A stretch of DNA of 64,000 bases from an uncultured Acidobacteriota bacterium (GCA_963770895.1 CAVYRF010000001.1:1-64000); one strand, 5' to 3'. Shown: positions 17,376 through 27,172, numbered from the stretch's first letter. The notes: a model not told the origin generated them from the sequence alone. Numbers and translations: made by a program.

Positions 17376-20300
17376 ATGCGACGGAGCGTCTGCGCGGCGC
17401 TGGCGGGGCTGTGGATCGCCGGGTCCGTGGCGGCGGCGGAGGCTGCCCGCCTGCCGATCCGGCGTTTGACCAGCGCCGACGGTCTGGCCCACGACCAGGT
17501 GCGGGCGATCGTGCGCGACGCGCGGGGCTTCCTGTGGTTCGGTACGCTGGACGGGTTGTCGCGCTTCGACGGCGAGAGCTTCCACAACTACGGCACGCAG
17601 AACGGCCTGCCCAGCGCCTCGATCGGCAGCCTGCTGGCGGCGCGCGACGGCACGCTGTGGGTGGGGACGCCGGCCGGGCTGTGCAGCTTCGTGCCGGAGG
17701 CGCCGCCCGATCGGCTGTTCCGCTGCTTCAGCCTGGGGCGGACGGCGTTGTCGCGCAACGTCATCGCGCTGTTCGAAGACCGCGCCGGCGTGCTGTGGGC
17801 GGGGACTCACCAGGGCCTGTTTCGCGTCGAGCGGGCCGGGGGCGTCGGCGTCCGCGCCGAGCCTCTCGACCTGGGCTTTGCCGACATGTCGGGGGAGCTG
17901 GAGGAGGTGCGCGCCCTGGCCGAGGACCGGCAGGGCTGCCTGTGGGCGGGCACCTACGAGGGGTTGGCGCGGCGGTGCGGCGCCCTGCCGTGGCAGGCTT
18001 TCCCCTTGCGGCGGCGCGAGCGCCAGCGCGACGTCAACCGCGTGTTCGGGCTGCTGGTGGACGCCCAGGGACGGGTGTGGGCCAGCCTGGCCTACGACGG
18101 CGTCCTGGTTTTTCTGCCGGGCGGCGCCGGCTGGCACCCGGCGCAGCGCCTGCTCGATGCGGCGCGCGCCTTGGGGGCGGCGCCGGCCGGCGCGTTGTCG
18201 CATAAGGCCGCGGCGCTGCACGGGGCCGCGGCGCCGCCGGCGGAGCTGGGGGCGCGGCTGGGTGAACGGCTGCCGCGGCGCCAGGGAGAGATGCTGGACA
18301 TCCTGCCCGCCGACGGGCTGGCCCATGCCTGGGTACGCGGCGGGCTGTGGGCGTCGCCCGACGGCACCATCTGGATCGGCTCGGTCGGCGGCCTCGACCG
18401 CTTCGATGGCGAGCGGCTGGAGCGGGTCGGGGCCGCCGACTTCCAGGACTCCATCCGCTTCGTCGGCGCCGCCGACCGGGCCGGCAACCTGTGGTTCGGC
18501 ACCGAGCACGGCGGCGCGCTGCGCTTGAACCCGCACGGCCTGGTGACCTACACCGAGGAAGACGGACTGCCGCAGCGGTCGGTGGTGTCGGTGTTCGTCG
18601 CCGGCGACGGTGCGCTCTATGCGATGCCGGTGGGCAACGTCCTGTGCCGCTTCGACGGCCGCCGCTTCAGCTCCACCGTGATCGCCGTGCCGCGCGGCTT
18701 CGATCCCGGCTGGAGCCACCACCAGTCCAGCTTTCAGGACAGCCGCGGCGAATGGTGGATCGCCACCGGCAGCGGCCTGCTGCGCTTCGCCGCCGTGGCC
18801 CGCGCCAGCGACCTGGCGCGGGCGCCGCCGCGCGCCATCTACACGACGCGCAACGGCCTGTGCGGCAACCAGGTGTTCCGCCTGTACGAGGACTCCCGCG
18901 GCGACGTGTGGATCTCGACCCTGGACGGCGGGTGCCTGACGCGCTGGCGGCGCGCGAGCGACACCTTCGAGCGCTTCTCGGCCGCCGACGGCCTGCCGCC
19001 CGAGGGGGCCACCGCCTTTGCCGAGGATCGCCAGGGGGGGCTCTGGATCGGCTTCTACTGGGGCGGCCTGGCGCGCTTCAAGGCGGGGCGTTTCACCTTC
19101 GTCCCCAGGGCGGCGCTCGGCGGCCTGCAGGAGGGCGTCAACGACCTGTTCGCCGACAGCGCCGGGCGGATCTGGATCGCCGCCGGCAGCGCGGGGCTTG
19201 CCCGCATCGACGATCCCGGCGGCAGCTCGCCGCGGGTGCGCCGCTTTTCGACCGCCGACGGGCTGGCCGCCAACTACGTCACCTGCGTGGTGGAGGATTC
19301 GTACCACCGCACCTATGTCTGCACCGGCCGCGGCGTCGACCGTTTCGATCCGGTGACAGGCGGCGTCGCCCATTTCACCGCCGCCGACGGCCTGGCCAAC
19401 ACCGAGGTGCTGGCGGCGCGGCGCGACCTTGCGGGCGACCTGTGGTTTGCCACGCCGGGCGGCCTGTCGCGGCTGACCCCCCGTGCCGGTTCCGTCGGGG
19501 CGCCGCCCGACGCCTTCCTGATGGGGGTGCGCGTGGACGGCCGGGCGCTGCCGGTTTCGCAGTGGGGGGCGGCGGAGATCGCGGGCGTCGAGCTGCAGCC
19601 GCAGCAACGCCAGCTGGAGGTCGCCTTCGTCACCATCGGCTTCGACGCCGGCGAGGCACCGCGCTACCAGCATCGCCTGTCGGGCCTCGATGCCGCCTGG
19701 AGCCCGCCGAGCCGCGAGCGCCAGGTGGTCTTTGGCGCCCTGGCGCCCGGCCGCTACCAGCTGTCGGTGCGGGCGCTGGCCGGCGACGGGCGGCCCGGCA
19801 GGGCGGCGCGCCTGCGCTTCCGGGTGCTGCCGCCGTGGTGGCGCGAGCCGTGGGTGATGGCGGTGGCGCTCGCGGCGCTGGTCGGCGCGGCCTACGCCGG
19901 CTACCGCTTCCGGCTGGCGCACCTGCTGTCGCTCGAGCGCGTGCGCACCCGCATCGCCACCGACCTGCACGACGACCTGGGGGCCAGCCTGTCGCGCATC
20001 TCGCTGCTGTCCGAGGTCGCGGCGCGCGAGGTGGGCGGCGGCGGCCCGCCTGGCATCGGCGGCCCCCCCGGCGGCGGCGGGCGCCCGCGCGAGATCATGC
20101 GCGAGATCGGCGCCCTGGCGCGCGAGCTGTTCGACGCCACCGCCGACATCGTGTGGGCGATCGATCCGCGGCGGGACGACCTGGGGAGCCTGGTGGCGCG
20201 GCTGTCCGAATACGCGCGCGACGTGCTGGGGGCGTCGGGCGCCAGCTGGTCGATCGAGGTGCCGCCGGGGTTGGACGCGGTGATGCTGGCCGCCGATCCG

Positions 20301-20576
20301 CGGCGCGAGCTGTTCCTGCTGCTCAAGGAGGCGATCCACAACGCCGCGCGCCACTCCGGCGCCAGCGCGGTGTCGCTCACCGTCCGCCTGGAGCGCGGCA
20401 TGCTGGCGGCCGACGTGCGCGACGACGGCGCCGGCTTCGCCCACGACGCCCCGCCGCTGGGCGACGGTCTGCGCAACATGCAGGTGCGCGCCGCCGCGCT
20501 GGCCGGCCGCTGCGACGTCCGCAGCGAGCCGGGGAGCGGCACGTGGGTCCACGTCGAGATGCCGCTGCGGTGGTAA
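17376..20576 (+). CDS. Sensor histidine kinase with periplasmic beta-propeller repeats, Y_Y_Y, HisKA_3 and HATPase domains
   Basis: Repeats like DARGFLWFGTLDGLSRFDG; PPWW followed by a TM helix; RIATDLHDDLGASL; EAIHNAARH, DDGAG, GLRNM. Confidence 0.93.
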   Translation: MRRSVCAALAGLWIAGSVAAAEAARLPIRRLTSADGLAHDQVRAIVRDARGFLWFGTLDGLSRFDGESFHNYGTQNGLPSASIGSLLAARDGTLWVGTPAGLCSFVPEAPPDRLFRCFSLGRTALSRNVIALFEDRAGVLWAGTHQGLFRVERAGGVGVRAEPLDLGFADMSGELEEVRALAEDRQGCLWAGTYEGLARRCGALPWQAFPLRRRERQRDVNRVFGLLVDAQGRVWASLAYDGVLVFLPGGAGWHPAQRLLDAARALGAAPAGALSHKAAALHGAAAPPAELGARLGERLPRRQGEMLDILPADGLAHAWVRGGLWASPDGTIWIGSVGGLDRFDGERLERVGAADFQDSIRFVGAADRAGNLWFGTEHGGALRLNPHGLVTYTEEDGLPQRSVVSVFVAGDGALYAMPVGNVLCRFDGRRFSSTVIAVPRGFDPGWSHHQSSFQDSRGEWWIATGSGLLRFAAVARASDLARAPPRAIYTTRNGLCGNQVFRLYEDSRGDVWISTLDGGCLTRWRRASDTFERFSAADGLPPEGATAFAEDRQGGLWIGFYWGGLARFKAGRFTFVPRAALGGLQEGVNDLFADSAGRIWIAAGSAGLARIDDPGGSSPRVRRFSTADGLAANYVTCVVEDSYHRTYVCTGRGVDRFDPVTGGVAHFTAADGLANTEVLAARRDLAGDLWFATPGGLSRLTPRAGSVGAPPDAFLMGVRVDGRALPVSQWGAAEIAGVELQPQQRQLEVAFVTIGFDAGEAPRYQHRLSGLDAAWSPPSRERQVVFGALAPGRYQLSVRALAGDGRPGRAARLRFRVLPPWWREPWVMAVALAALVGAAYAGYRFRLAHLLSLERVRTRIATDLHDDLGASLSRISLLSEVAAREVGGGGPPGIGGPPGGGGRPREIMREIGALARELFDATADIVWAIDPRRDDLGSLVARLSEYARDVLGASGASWSIEVPPGLDAVMLAADPRRELFLLLKEAIHNAARHSGASAVSLTVRLERGMLAADVRDDGAGFAHDAPPLGDGLRNMQVRAAALAGRCDVRSEPGSGTWVHVEMPLRW

Positions 20577-20671
20577 GGGCAGGGGAGGCAGGGGAAGGCG
20601 GTCGCCCCCGGGGGGAGCATGGGGATGCGCTTGGCACGGCGGGTGGCGGCTGGTACAAAGATGTCGTGCCG

Positions 20672-21325
20672 GTGGACCCATCCCAGCCGCCGATCCGGGT
20701 GGCGGTCGTCGAAGACGACCGCCGCACCCGCGATGCGCTCATGCAGCTGATCGACGGCACGCCGGGGTTCCGCTGCAGCGACGGCTTCGGCAGCGTCGAG
20801 GCCGCCGCGCGGCATCGCCCGCAGGTGCCGTTCGACGTCATCCTGCTCGACATCGAGCTGCCGGGAACGCCGGGGTCGGAAGGCGTGCGGCAGCTGTGCG
20901 CCAGCCACCCCACGGCGGCGATCCTGATGCTCACCGTGTTCGCCGACGACGACAAGGTTTTTGCTTCGATCCGCAACGGCGCCAGCGGCTACCTGCTCAA
21001 GAAAACGCCGCCCGACCGGCTGCTGACCGCGATCCGGGAAGTGCACGGCGGCGGCGCGCCGATGTCGCCCGAGATCGCGCGCCGGGTGCTGCGCTTCTGC
21101 CGCGACGCCGCGCCGCCGGCGGTGCAGGATCACGGCCTGACGCCGCAGGAAGTGCGCGTGCTCGGCCTGCTGGCGGAGGGGCACGGCTACCAGGCCGTCG
21201 CCGATCACATGGGCATCAGCCTGAACACCGTGCGCGGGCACGTGCGCAGCGTCTATGAGCGGCTGCACGTCCACACCCGCGCCGAGGCGGTGAGCAAAGG
21301 CCTGCGCCGCGGCATCCTGTCCTGA
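20672..21325 (+). CDS. NarL/LuxR-family response regulator
   Basis: VAVVEDD, DVILLDIELPG, GASGYLLK, LTPQE...ISLNTVRGHVRSVYERLHV; start approximate. Confidence 0.92.
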   Translation: MDPSQPPIRVAVVEDDRRTRDALMQLIDGTPGFRCSDGFGSVEAAARHRPQVPFDVILLDIELPGTPGSEGVRQLCASHPTAAILMLTVFADDDKVFASIRNGASGYLLKKTPPDRLLTAIREVHGGGAPMSPEIARRVLRFCRDAAPPAVQDHGLTPQEVRVLGLLAEGHGYQAVADHMGISLNTVRGHVRSVYERLHVHTRAEAVSKGLRRGILS

Positions 21326-21532
21326 CCCGCAGCACGGCGGCGGCCGCCCGACGACAGCCCGATGCCGGTCGCGGTGGAGTGGTGGTGCGCTAGGGGAAAA
21401 ACTTGTTCTCCGCTAGAATATAGCTCTGGGGCTTTACAACTAGGATGTGCGCGGCGGGGTCGGGTTGACGCCGGCTGGCGCTCGACGTTGCGAGCCTCGC
21501 TCTGGTTCACGTTCACCTAAGGAGGATTCATC

Positions 21533-22456
21533 ATGTTGCACGCGCACCGCGAAGCAGAGTGTTCCGTTTCGGCGCGCCCAGCGCGGCAGCTTGTGCCCCT
21601 GGTCGCCATCGCCGCCGCCTGCCTGCTGGCGGCGTTTGCCGCGCCGGCCGCCCACGCCGACGCCAACACCGGCTACGTCATCGTCGGGCCGGTCAGCGAC
21701 GCCTGGGGTACCAACAGCGGCGTCACCGTCGGCGCCGCTGCAATCACCAACAACAGCGGCAGCGAATCGGGGCCCCTTTTCTTCTACCTGTGGGCGACGC
21801 CGGTCGGTGACGGCGCGCCGACCCTCAGCCAGGATCTTAACTTTTACGACCTGGGCGGCACCGAGCTGGGCTCGCTGGAGCCCGGCCAGAGCTTCACCAA
21901 CGTGCTGCAGACGGGCCTGACCTATACGCCGGTGCCCAAGGGTTGCTATTACGTGTCGCTGGCGCTGGTCAACGGCACCACCCTGGTCGACATCTTCCCC
22001 TTCAGCTACACCACCAATGCCAACGACATCCCGTCGGCCAGCGGCTACATCGAGTTTCCCTTCGGCGGCGCCAGCTGCCCGGTGCCGACGTCCTGCACCG
22101 ACAGCGCCGTCACCTCGTGCCTCAACAGCGGCCGTTTTCAGGTCACGGACACCTATTACAACGCCATCAATGGCAAGGCGCAGGGGCAGGCGATGAGCTT
22201 CGGCTCGACGCGAGCCCAGAGCGACGAATCGATCTTCTATTACTTCACCAACTCCAGCAATTTCGAGATGGGCATCAACGTGCTGGATGCCTGCGCCGTC
22301 AACAACGCTTTCTGGATCTTCATCGGCGGCCTGACCAACCAGGGCTGGGAGGTCAACGTCCTGGATACCCAGACCGGCAACCACAAGTCCTATCACAACC
22401 CTTTGGGCACGCTGACCGTGACCACCGCGGACACCACCGGGCTGCCCTGTTCCTAG
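21533..22456 (+). CDS. Secreted protein, paralog 1, with a conserved C-terminal 'CL..GRFQV' domain
   Basis: AAGGAGG RBS; signal ending AHA|DANT; TAGAAT upstream at 21414. Confidence 0.88.
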   Translation: MLHAHREAECSVSARPARQLVPLVAIAAACLLAAFAAPAAHADANTGYVIVGPVSDAWGTNSGVTVGAAAITNNSGSESGPLFFYLWATPVGDGAPTLSQDLNFYDLGGTELGSLEPGQSFTNVLQTGLTYTPVPKGCYYVSLALVNGTTLVDIFPFSYTTNANDIPSASGYIEFPFGGASCPVPTSCTDSAVTSCLNSGRFQVTDTYYNAINGKAQGQAMSFGSTRAQSDESIFYYFTNSSNFEMGINVLDACAVNNAFWIFIGGLTNQGWEVNVLDTQTGNHKSYHNPLGTLTVTTADTTGLPCS

Positions 22457-23426
22457 CGCGTTGCGCGTTTGGCGGTGACCAAACCATTGGAGGTGGATCA
22501 TGTCTCACGCCTGCAGCAAGACGGATCGAATCCCCGCCGCCCGCCGGGTGCCGGGGCTCGCTGCCCTGATCGTCGCCGTCGTCGCGTGCCTGGCGGCGTC
22601 GCTGGCGGCGTCGGCAGCCCGCGCCGACGCCAACACCGGCTATGTCATCGTCGGACCGGTCACCGACTCCTGGGGCGCCACCAACGGCGTCACCGTCGGC
22701 GCCGCGGCGATCGCCAACAACACCGCCAGCACGTCGGGCCAGCTGTCGCTGGAGCTGTGGGCCACCTCGGTGGCACAGGGCGCGCCGACGGTCAGGAGCG
22801 GGCTGATCTATTACGAGTTGGGAGGCACCACGATCGGCACGCTGGGACCCGGCCAGCAGGCGACCAACGTCCTGGAGACGGGGCTGCCCTTTTCACCGGT
22901 CCCGCCGGGCTGTTACTTCGTGATGGTGGCGCTGCTCGACGGCAAGGACCTGGTCGACCTGTTCCCCTTCAGCTACTCCGCCAACGCCGACGACGTGCCG
23001 TCGCCCACCGGCTACACGGTGTTCCCCTTCGGCAGCGGCACCACCTGCCAGGCTCCGACTTCGTGCGCCGACAGCGCCAATGCGGCCTGCCTGGTGGGCG
23101 GCCGGTTCCAGGTTACGACCACCTATTACAACGCCATCAATGGCAAGGCGCAGGCGCAGGCCATGTCGTTCGGCTCGACGCGCGCCCAGAGCGACGAGTC
23201 GATTTTCTATTACTTCACGAACTCCAGCAACTTTGAGATGGGCATCAACGTGCTGGACGCCTGCGCCGTCAACAACGCTTTCTGGATCTTCATCGGCGGC
23301 CTGACCAACCAGGGCTGGGAGGTCAACGTCCTGGACACCCAGACCGGCAATCACAAGGCGTATCAGAACCACCTCAACAACCTGACGGTGACGACCGCGG
23401 ACACCACCGGCCTGCCCTGTTCGTAG
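22130..23426 (+). repeat. Direct repeat of about 330 bp (22130-22456 and 23100-23426, offset 970 bp)
   Basis: Long identical runs, e.g. ACCTATTACAACGCCATCAATGGCAAGGCGCAGG at 22151 and 23121. Confidence 0.9.
22500..23426 (+). CDS. Secreted protein, paralog 2
   Basis: GGAGG RBS; signal ending ARA|DANT; colinear with paralog 1 over the whole mature length. Confidence 0.88.
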   Translation: MSHACSKTDRIPAARRVPGLAALIVAVVACLAASLAASAARADANTGYVIVGPVTDSWGATNGVTVGAAAIANNTASTSGQLSLELWATSVAQGAPTVRSGLIYYELGGTTIGTLGPGQQATNVLETGLPFSPVPPGCYFVMVALLDGKDLVDLFPFSYSANADDVPSPTGYTVFPFGSGTTCQAPTSCADSANAACLVGGRFQVTTTYYNAINGKAQAQAMSFGSTRAQSDESIFYYFTNSSNFEMGINVLDACAVNNAFWIFIGGLTNQGWEVNVLDTQTGNHKAYQNHLNNLTVTTADTTGLPCS

Positions 23427-23514
23427 GGTGAAGCCACGCTGGCGGCGGCGCTCGGCGGCGCCGCCGCCGGTTGCGCTTGATTGCGCCGCCGCCGGTTGCG
23501 CTCGGCGGCGCTGG

Positions 23515-23967
23515 CTAGTGGTCTGGGTCGGGTGCCTTGCCGGGCACGGTTGTGGCTGCCGCGGCGGAGGCGGCGGACAGTGCGGCGGCGCGGCGCTGCT
23601 CGACGCCGATCACCAGGACGCCGGCCATGACCAGGCCGATGCCGGCCCAGCGCAGCGGCGGCACCGGCTCCTTGAGGAACAGGATGCCGAGCACTGCGGC
23701 GATGGCGTATTCGAGCGCCGTCAGGGGGAGCGCTACGCTCACCTCCGCCCACGACAGCACGGCCAGGAAGAGGAAGTAGAACAGGGCGTTGCCCACCGTG
23801 CCGGCGATGACCCAGGGATTGGTGAGGGCGTGCCAGAAGTACGCCACCAGGTAGCGCGGCGACCAGCCGGCGAGCTCGCCGACGGCGAGCATGCCGCGCC
23901 GGACCAGGATCTGGCCGATCGAGGCGGAGATGCAGGCGCCGAGCATCGCCAGGAGCGTTCGCAGCAT
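23515..23967 (-). CDS. Small EamA/SMR-type membrane protein (ArnE/ArnF-like)
   Basis: About 4 TM helices; LSWAEVSVALPL, FLKEPV...RWAGIGLVMAGV. Confidence 0.8.
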   Translation of the reverse strand: MLRTLLAMLGACISASIGQILVRRGMLAVGELAGWSPRYLVAYFWHALTNPWVIAGTVGNALFYFLFLAVLSWAEVSVALPLTALEYAIAAVLGILFLKEPVPPLRWAGIGLVMAGVLVIGVEQRRAAALSAASAAAATTVPGKAPDPDH

Positions 23968-24003
23968 GATGGAGGTCTCCTGCCGGCGCAGCGGCGCGCC
24001 GGC

Positions 24004-24855
24004 CTATAGATCGCAGAAGGCGATGCGCCGGATGCCCGCGGCGCGCAGGGCGTCTGCCAGGCCCGGCTGGGTGAGCGCCGCCAGCTCCGCCTGGTGGCGG
24101 TAGGCCGGCATCTGGCGGTCCAGCTCCGGCGTGCGGGCGCTCGCCGGATGGAAGTACATCTCGGTGACGCCGGCGGGCAGCTGCGCGACCATGCGCTGCA
24201 CCAGGCCGGCTTCCATGCGGCCGGTGTCGTGCAGGCCGAAGACGAAGCGGTTGGAGCGGAGGCCCGCGCGGCGCAGGCGCCAGCGCAGCAGCCCGACGAA
24301 GGGGGCCAGGCCGGCGCTGGACAGCAGGCGGCCGGCCAGGCCGCGGCGGGCGGCGCGGAACGAGGCCAGCGGCGGCTCGCGCGGGACGCGCACGGCACGC
24401 ACCCCGAAGTCGCGTCCGGCGTCCAGGATCAGCGCCGAGACCGTCGGGTGCAGGTGCATGTGGTTGTGGGCGTTCACGTGGTCGAGCGGCAGGCCGGTGG
24501 CGCGAAAGGCGGCAAACTGGGCGCGGATCTCGGCCGCCAGCTGGCGCCGCACCGCGGGGCGGAAGAAGAACGAAAATCCGGCGCGCACCAGGTGGTCGCT
24601 GAAGGCGCCGTCCGCTCCCACCAGGTCGGGGACCTGGTGCGGCGGCAGCAGCGGCCGGCCGTGCACCAGCACCACGTGCAGCCCCACCCGCAGGCTGGGC
24701 AGGCGGCGGGCGCGCTCGACCGCGTCGCCGGCGGCGGCGGCGCCCACCATCAGGCTGGCGGCGGTCAGGATGCCTTCGCGGTGGGCGGCTTCGACGGCGG
24801 CGTTGACCGGTTCGGCCAGGCCGAAATCGTCGGCGGTGACGATCAGCTGCCTCAA
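24004..24855 (-). CDS. hpnK: Hopanoid biosynthesis deacetylase (ChbG/YdjC family)
   Basis: LIVTADDFG, GILTAASLMV, VGLHVVL, DHVNAHNHMHLHP, EMYFHP; TTG start overlaps the hpnI stop. Confidence 0.9.
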   Translation of the reverse strand: MRQLIVTADDFGLAEPVNAAVEAAHREGILTAASLMVGAAAAGDAVERARRLPSLRVGLHVVLVHGRPLLPPHQVPDLVGADGAFSDHLVRAGFSFFFRPAVRRQLAAEIRAQFAAFRATGLPLDHVNAHNHMHLHPTVSALILDAGRDFGVRAVRVPREPPLASFRAARRGLAGRLLSSAGLAPFVGLLRWRLRRAGLRSNRFVFGLHDTGRMEAGLVQRMVAQLPAGVTEMYFHPASARTPELDRQMPAYRHQAELAALTQPGLADALRAAGIRRIAFCDL

Positions 24856-26051
24856 GCCCAGGGCTCCAGCGCCTCCAGGCGGCCGTCGGGGCCGACGGCG
24901 AAGCGCTGGCCGGTTGCCACCACCGTCGGATCGCAGAGGGCGGCGACCGTCGACACGAAGCCGGCGACGTCGCGCAGCGGCAGCAGGGCCAGGCTGGCGA
25001 CCCCGGTGCGGTCGCCCAGCCCCCAGCCCATGAACAGTCCGGCGGTGGCAAGGCGCAGCGCGACGGCGGCGGCGGCGACGGCCAAGCCCAGGGGGTCGCC
25101 CAGGCGCGCGGCGGCGAAGGCGAAGCCGAACGGGATGGCACGGATGAACAGGGTGCCGAACAGCCCCCAGGCGTTGCCGGCGCGCGTGTTCTTGTCCCAA
25201 TACAGCTGGTGGCGCCACCAGCCGCGCACGCCGCCCAGGTCCACCAGGGTGTCCACGAAGTAGGGGACGATGGCGACGCGCTGGCCGGAGGCGCGGATGC
25301 GGCGCCCCATCTCGAAGTCTTCCAGCACGTACCAGCCCAGGTCGGCCCAGCCGCCCACCTGCTCAAGGGTCGCGCGGCGCACGGCATTGGTGGCGCCGAG
25401 CACGAACGGCGAGATGTGGGTGACGCGGGCGAACACCAGATTGGGCACCCAGTCGGCATTGATGAACAGCTGTTCCAGCCGCTCGAACCAGCGGCGGGCG
25501 CCGGCGGCGCGGTACAACGTGCTGACGCAGCCGACCGCCGGGTCGGCGAACGGCGCCACGATCGTCTTGAGATAGTCGGGGCGCAGGCATACGTCGCTGT
25601 CGCTGACCACCAGCAGGTCGTGGCGGGCGGCGGAGTAGCCGACCAGCAGGTTGCGGACCTTGCCGTTGGGCACCGTGGCGGAGCCGTCCACCACCACGTC
25701 GACGCGCTCGCGGCCGAACTTGCGCTGCACCTCGTAGAGCAGCGGCAGCGCCGGTTCGTCTTCGCGCTGCGCCGAAAGCACCACCTGGTAGTGCGGATAG
25801 TCCTGGCGGCAGACGCTTTCCAGATTTTCGCGCAGGTTGCGGGTGAGCCCGTATACCGGCCGCAGGACGGTGACCTGCGGCCAGTCGCCCGCCGCCGCCC
25901 AGACCGCGCCGCTGCCGGCGGCACGCCGGGCCTTCGCCTTGAGCAGCGCCATCGCCACCAGGCAGGCGAGCGAATAGAGCGACCCGCCGACGACCGGCAG
26001 CAGCAACACCCATTGTAAGAAGGACACACTGGTCCACACCGTCGCCACCAT
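24852..26051 (-). CDS. hpnI: Hopanoid glycosyltransferase (GT2, ceramide glucosyltransferase-like)
   Basis: VTVLRPVYG, QDYP, NGKVRNL, VSDSD, GATNA, LEDF; adjacent to hpnK. Confidence 0.85.
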   Translation of the reverse strand: MVATVWTSVSFLQWVLLLPVVGGSLYSLACLVAMALLKAKARRAAGSGAVWAAAGDWPQVTVLRPVYGLTRNLRENLESVCRQDYPHYQVVLSAQREDEPALPLLYEVQRKFGRERVDVVVDGSATVPNGKVRNLLVGYSAARHDLLVVSDSDVCLRPDYLKTIVAPFADPAVGCVSTLYRAAGARRWFERLEQLFINADWVPNLVFARVTHISPFVLGATNAVRRATLEQVGGWADLGWYVLEDFEMGRRIRASGQRVAIVPYFVDTLVDLGGVRGWWRHQLYWDKNTRAGNAWGLFGTLFIRAIPFGFAFAAARLGDPLGLAVAAAAVALRLATAGLFMGWGLGDRTGVASLALLPLRDVAGFVSTVAALCDPTVVATGQRFAVGPDGRLEALEPWA

Positions 26052-26168
26052 GGGCGAAGTGTACCCCAACCGGGATTTTGGGGCCCCGCGGCCCCCGATG
26101 CCGGGCGCCCCCGGCTGGCGCTCAACCCTTTGTCGGCGCGGCGCGGCCCCCCATGGTTGTAGGCGCGC

Positions 26169-27050
26169 TCATTGAGCCCAGACGCGGGCCGGGTCCGGTT
26201 CGAAGGGATAGACGTGCACCATCCAGCCCAGCACGACGGGCAGGAAGAAGCCGCCGTTTGCCTTGCACCCGGCGTCGGTGGCGATGCTGCCGTTGATGCC
26301 AAATTGCGGCGACCGGGGAGCGGCCGTGGGGTCCGCGGCCGGCGCGGCGGCGCCGCGGCCCCAGCCGGGCGGCAGGCAGATGTTGACGTGCTGGTGCCAG
26401 GAGGCGATCGACAGCGGCACCCGCTGGTCCAGCTGGTCCAGGTCGAAGCGGCGGGGCGCCGTGTACATCGCGCCGACCAGCTGGAAGCCGCCGCCGGCGA
26501 CGGGCTTGTACAGGAGCGAGGTGGGACGCGCCGGGTCGAAGCCGAAGCCGGCGCGCAACCCGTTGCGCCAGCTGGTGAAGTGGTACATGGGCTGCGGGAT
26601 GTCGGGGGCGAATTGGCGGAAGCCGTCGGCTTCCGCCACCCGGTAGTCGCGGTACCTGGCGATGGCGTCGCGCACGGTCTGCACGATGGCGTCGGCGCGG
26701 CGCTGGTCGGCGGCGGTAGGCGACCGCGGCGGCGTCATCTTCATGTGCGCGCCCATGGCCATGTGTGGATGGGCCATGGCGGTATCCGCCGATGCCGCGG
26801 CGCCTGCCGCGCCGGAGCCCATCCCCGGCATGTCCGGCATGTCGGGCATGTCCGGCATCGCGGCCGATCCCGCGGCAGCCGCGGTGCCGGTGCCCGCCAT
26901 GTCGGGCGTCGCGGCCGTGCCCGGATCGCCCTGGCCGGCGGCGCCCTGGCGTGCCGCGCGGGCGGCGTGCACGCGGTGCACCAGCGCCGCCGCCGACAGC
27001 GCCAGGGCCGCGGCGACGATCACGATCAAGGTCCGGCCAAGGGTCCGCAT
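26169..27050 (-). CDS. Exported hypothetical protein with a Met/His-rich linker
   Basis: N-terminal hydrophobic segment; MPDMPDMPDMPGMG and MAHPHMAMGAHM; domain with YHF, PTSLLY, LVGAMY, WHQHVNIC, WMVHVY. Confidence 0.85.
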   Translation of the reverse strand: MRTLGRTLIVIVAAALALSAAALVHRVHAARAARQGAAGQGDPGTAATPDMAGTGTAAAAGSAAMPDMPDMPDMPGMGSGAAGAAASADTAMAHPHMAMGAHMKMTPPRSPTAADQRRADAIVQTVRDAIARYRDYRVAEADGFRQFAPDIPQPMYHFTSWRNGLRAGFGFDPARPTSLLYKPVAGGGFQLVGAMYTAPRRFDLDQLDQRVPLSIASWHQHVNICLPPGWGRGAAAPAADPTAAPRSPQFGINGSIATDAGCKANGGFFLPVVLGWMVHVYPFEPDPARVWAQ

Positions 27051-27172
27051 CGGGCGCCTGTCCTCCTGTCCTGACCATGAAACCCGGCCGGCCGCGGGTT
27101 CCTGCGGTCCAGCGGTGCTCTACGGTGTCGGCGCCATGGCCGGTGGCGGTGCTGGCGGGCGCGCCGGCCCGT

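Noticed and set aside
15554-17587. Apparent 1419-aa SHC with a long N-terminal extension
   Set aside because: The extension is the antisense shadow of the amidohydrolase gene; SHC similarity begins only after about 15553
16650-20681. 1343-aa minus-strand ORF (and similar ORFs at 34247-37585 and 40533-44732)
   Set aside because: Antisense shadows of clear plus-strand genes; no motifs; expected at this GC content
21326-21532. Riboswitch or ncRNA in the leader of the tandem paralogs
   Set aside because: No recognisable aptamer consensus by eye; a covariance-model scan would be needed
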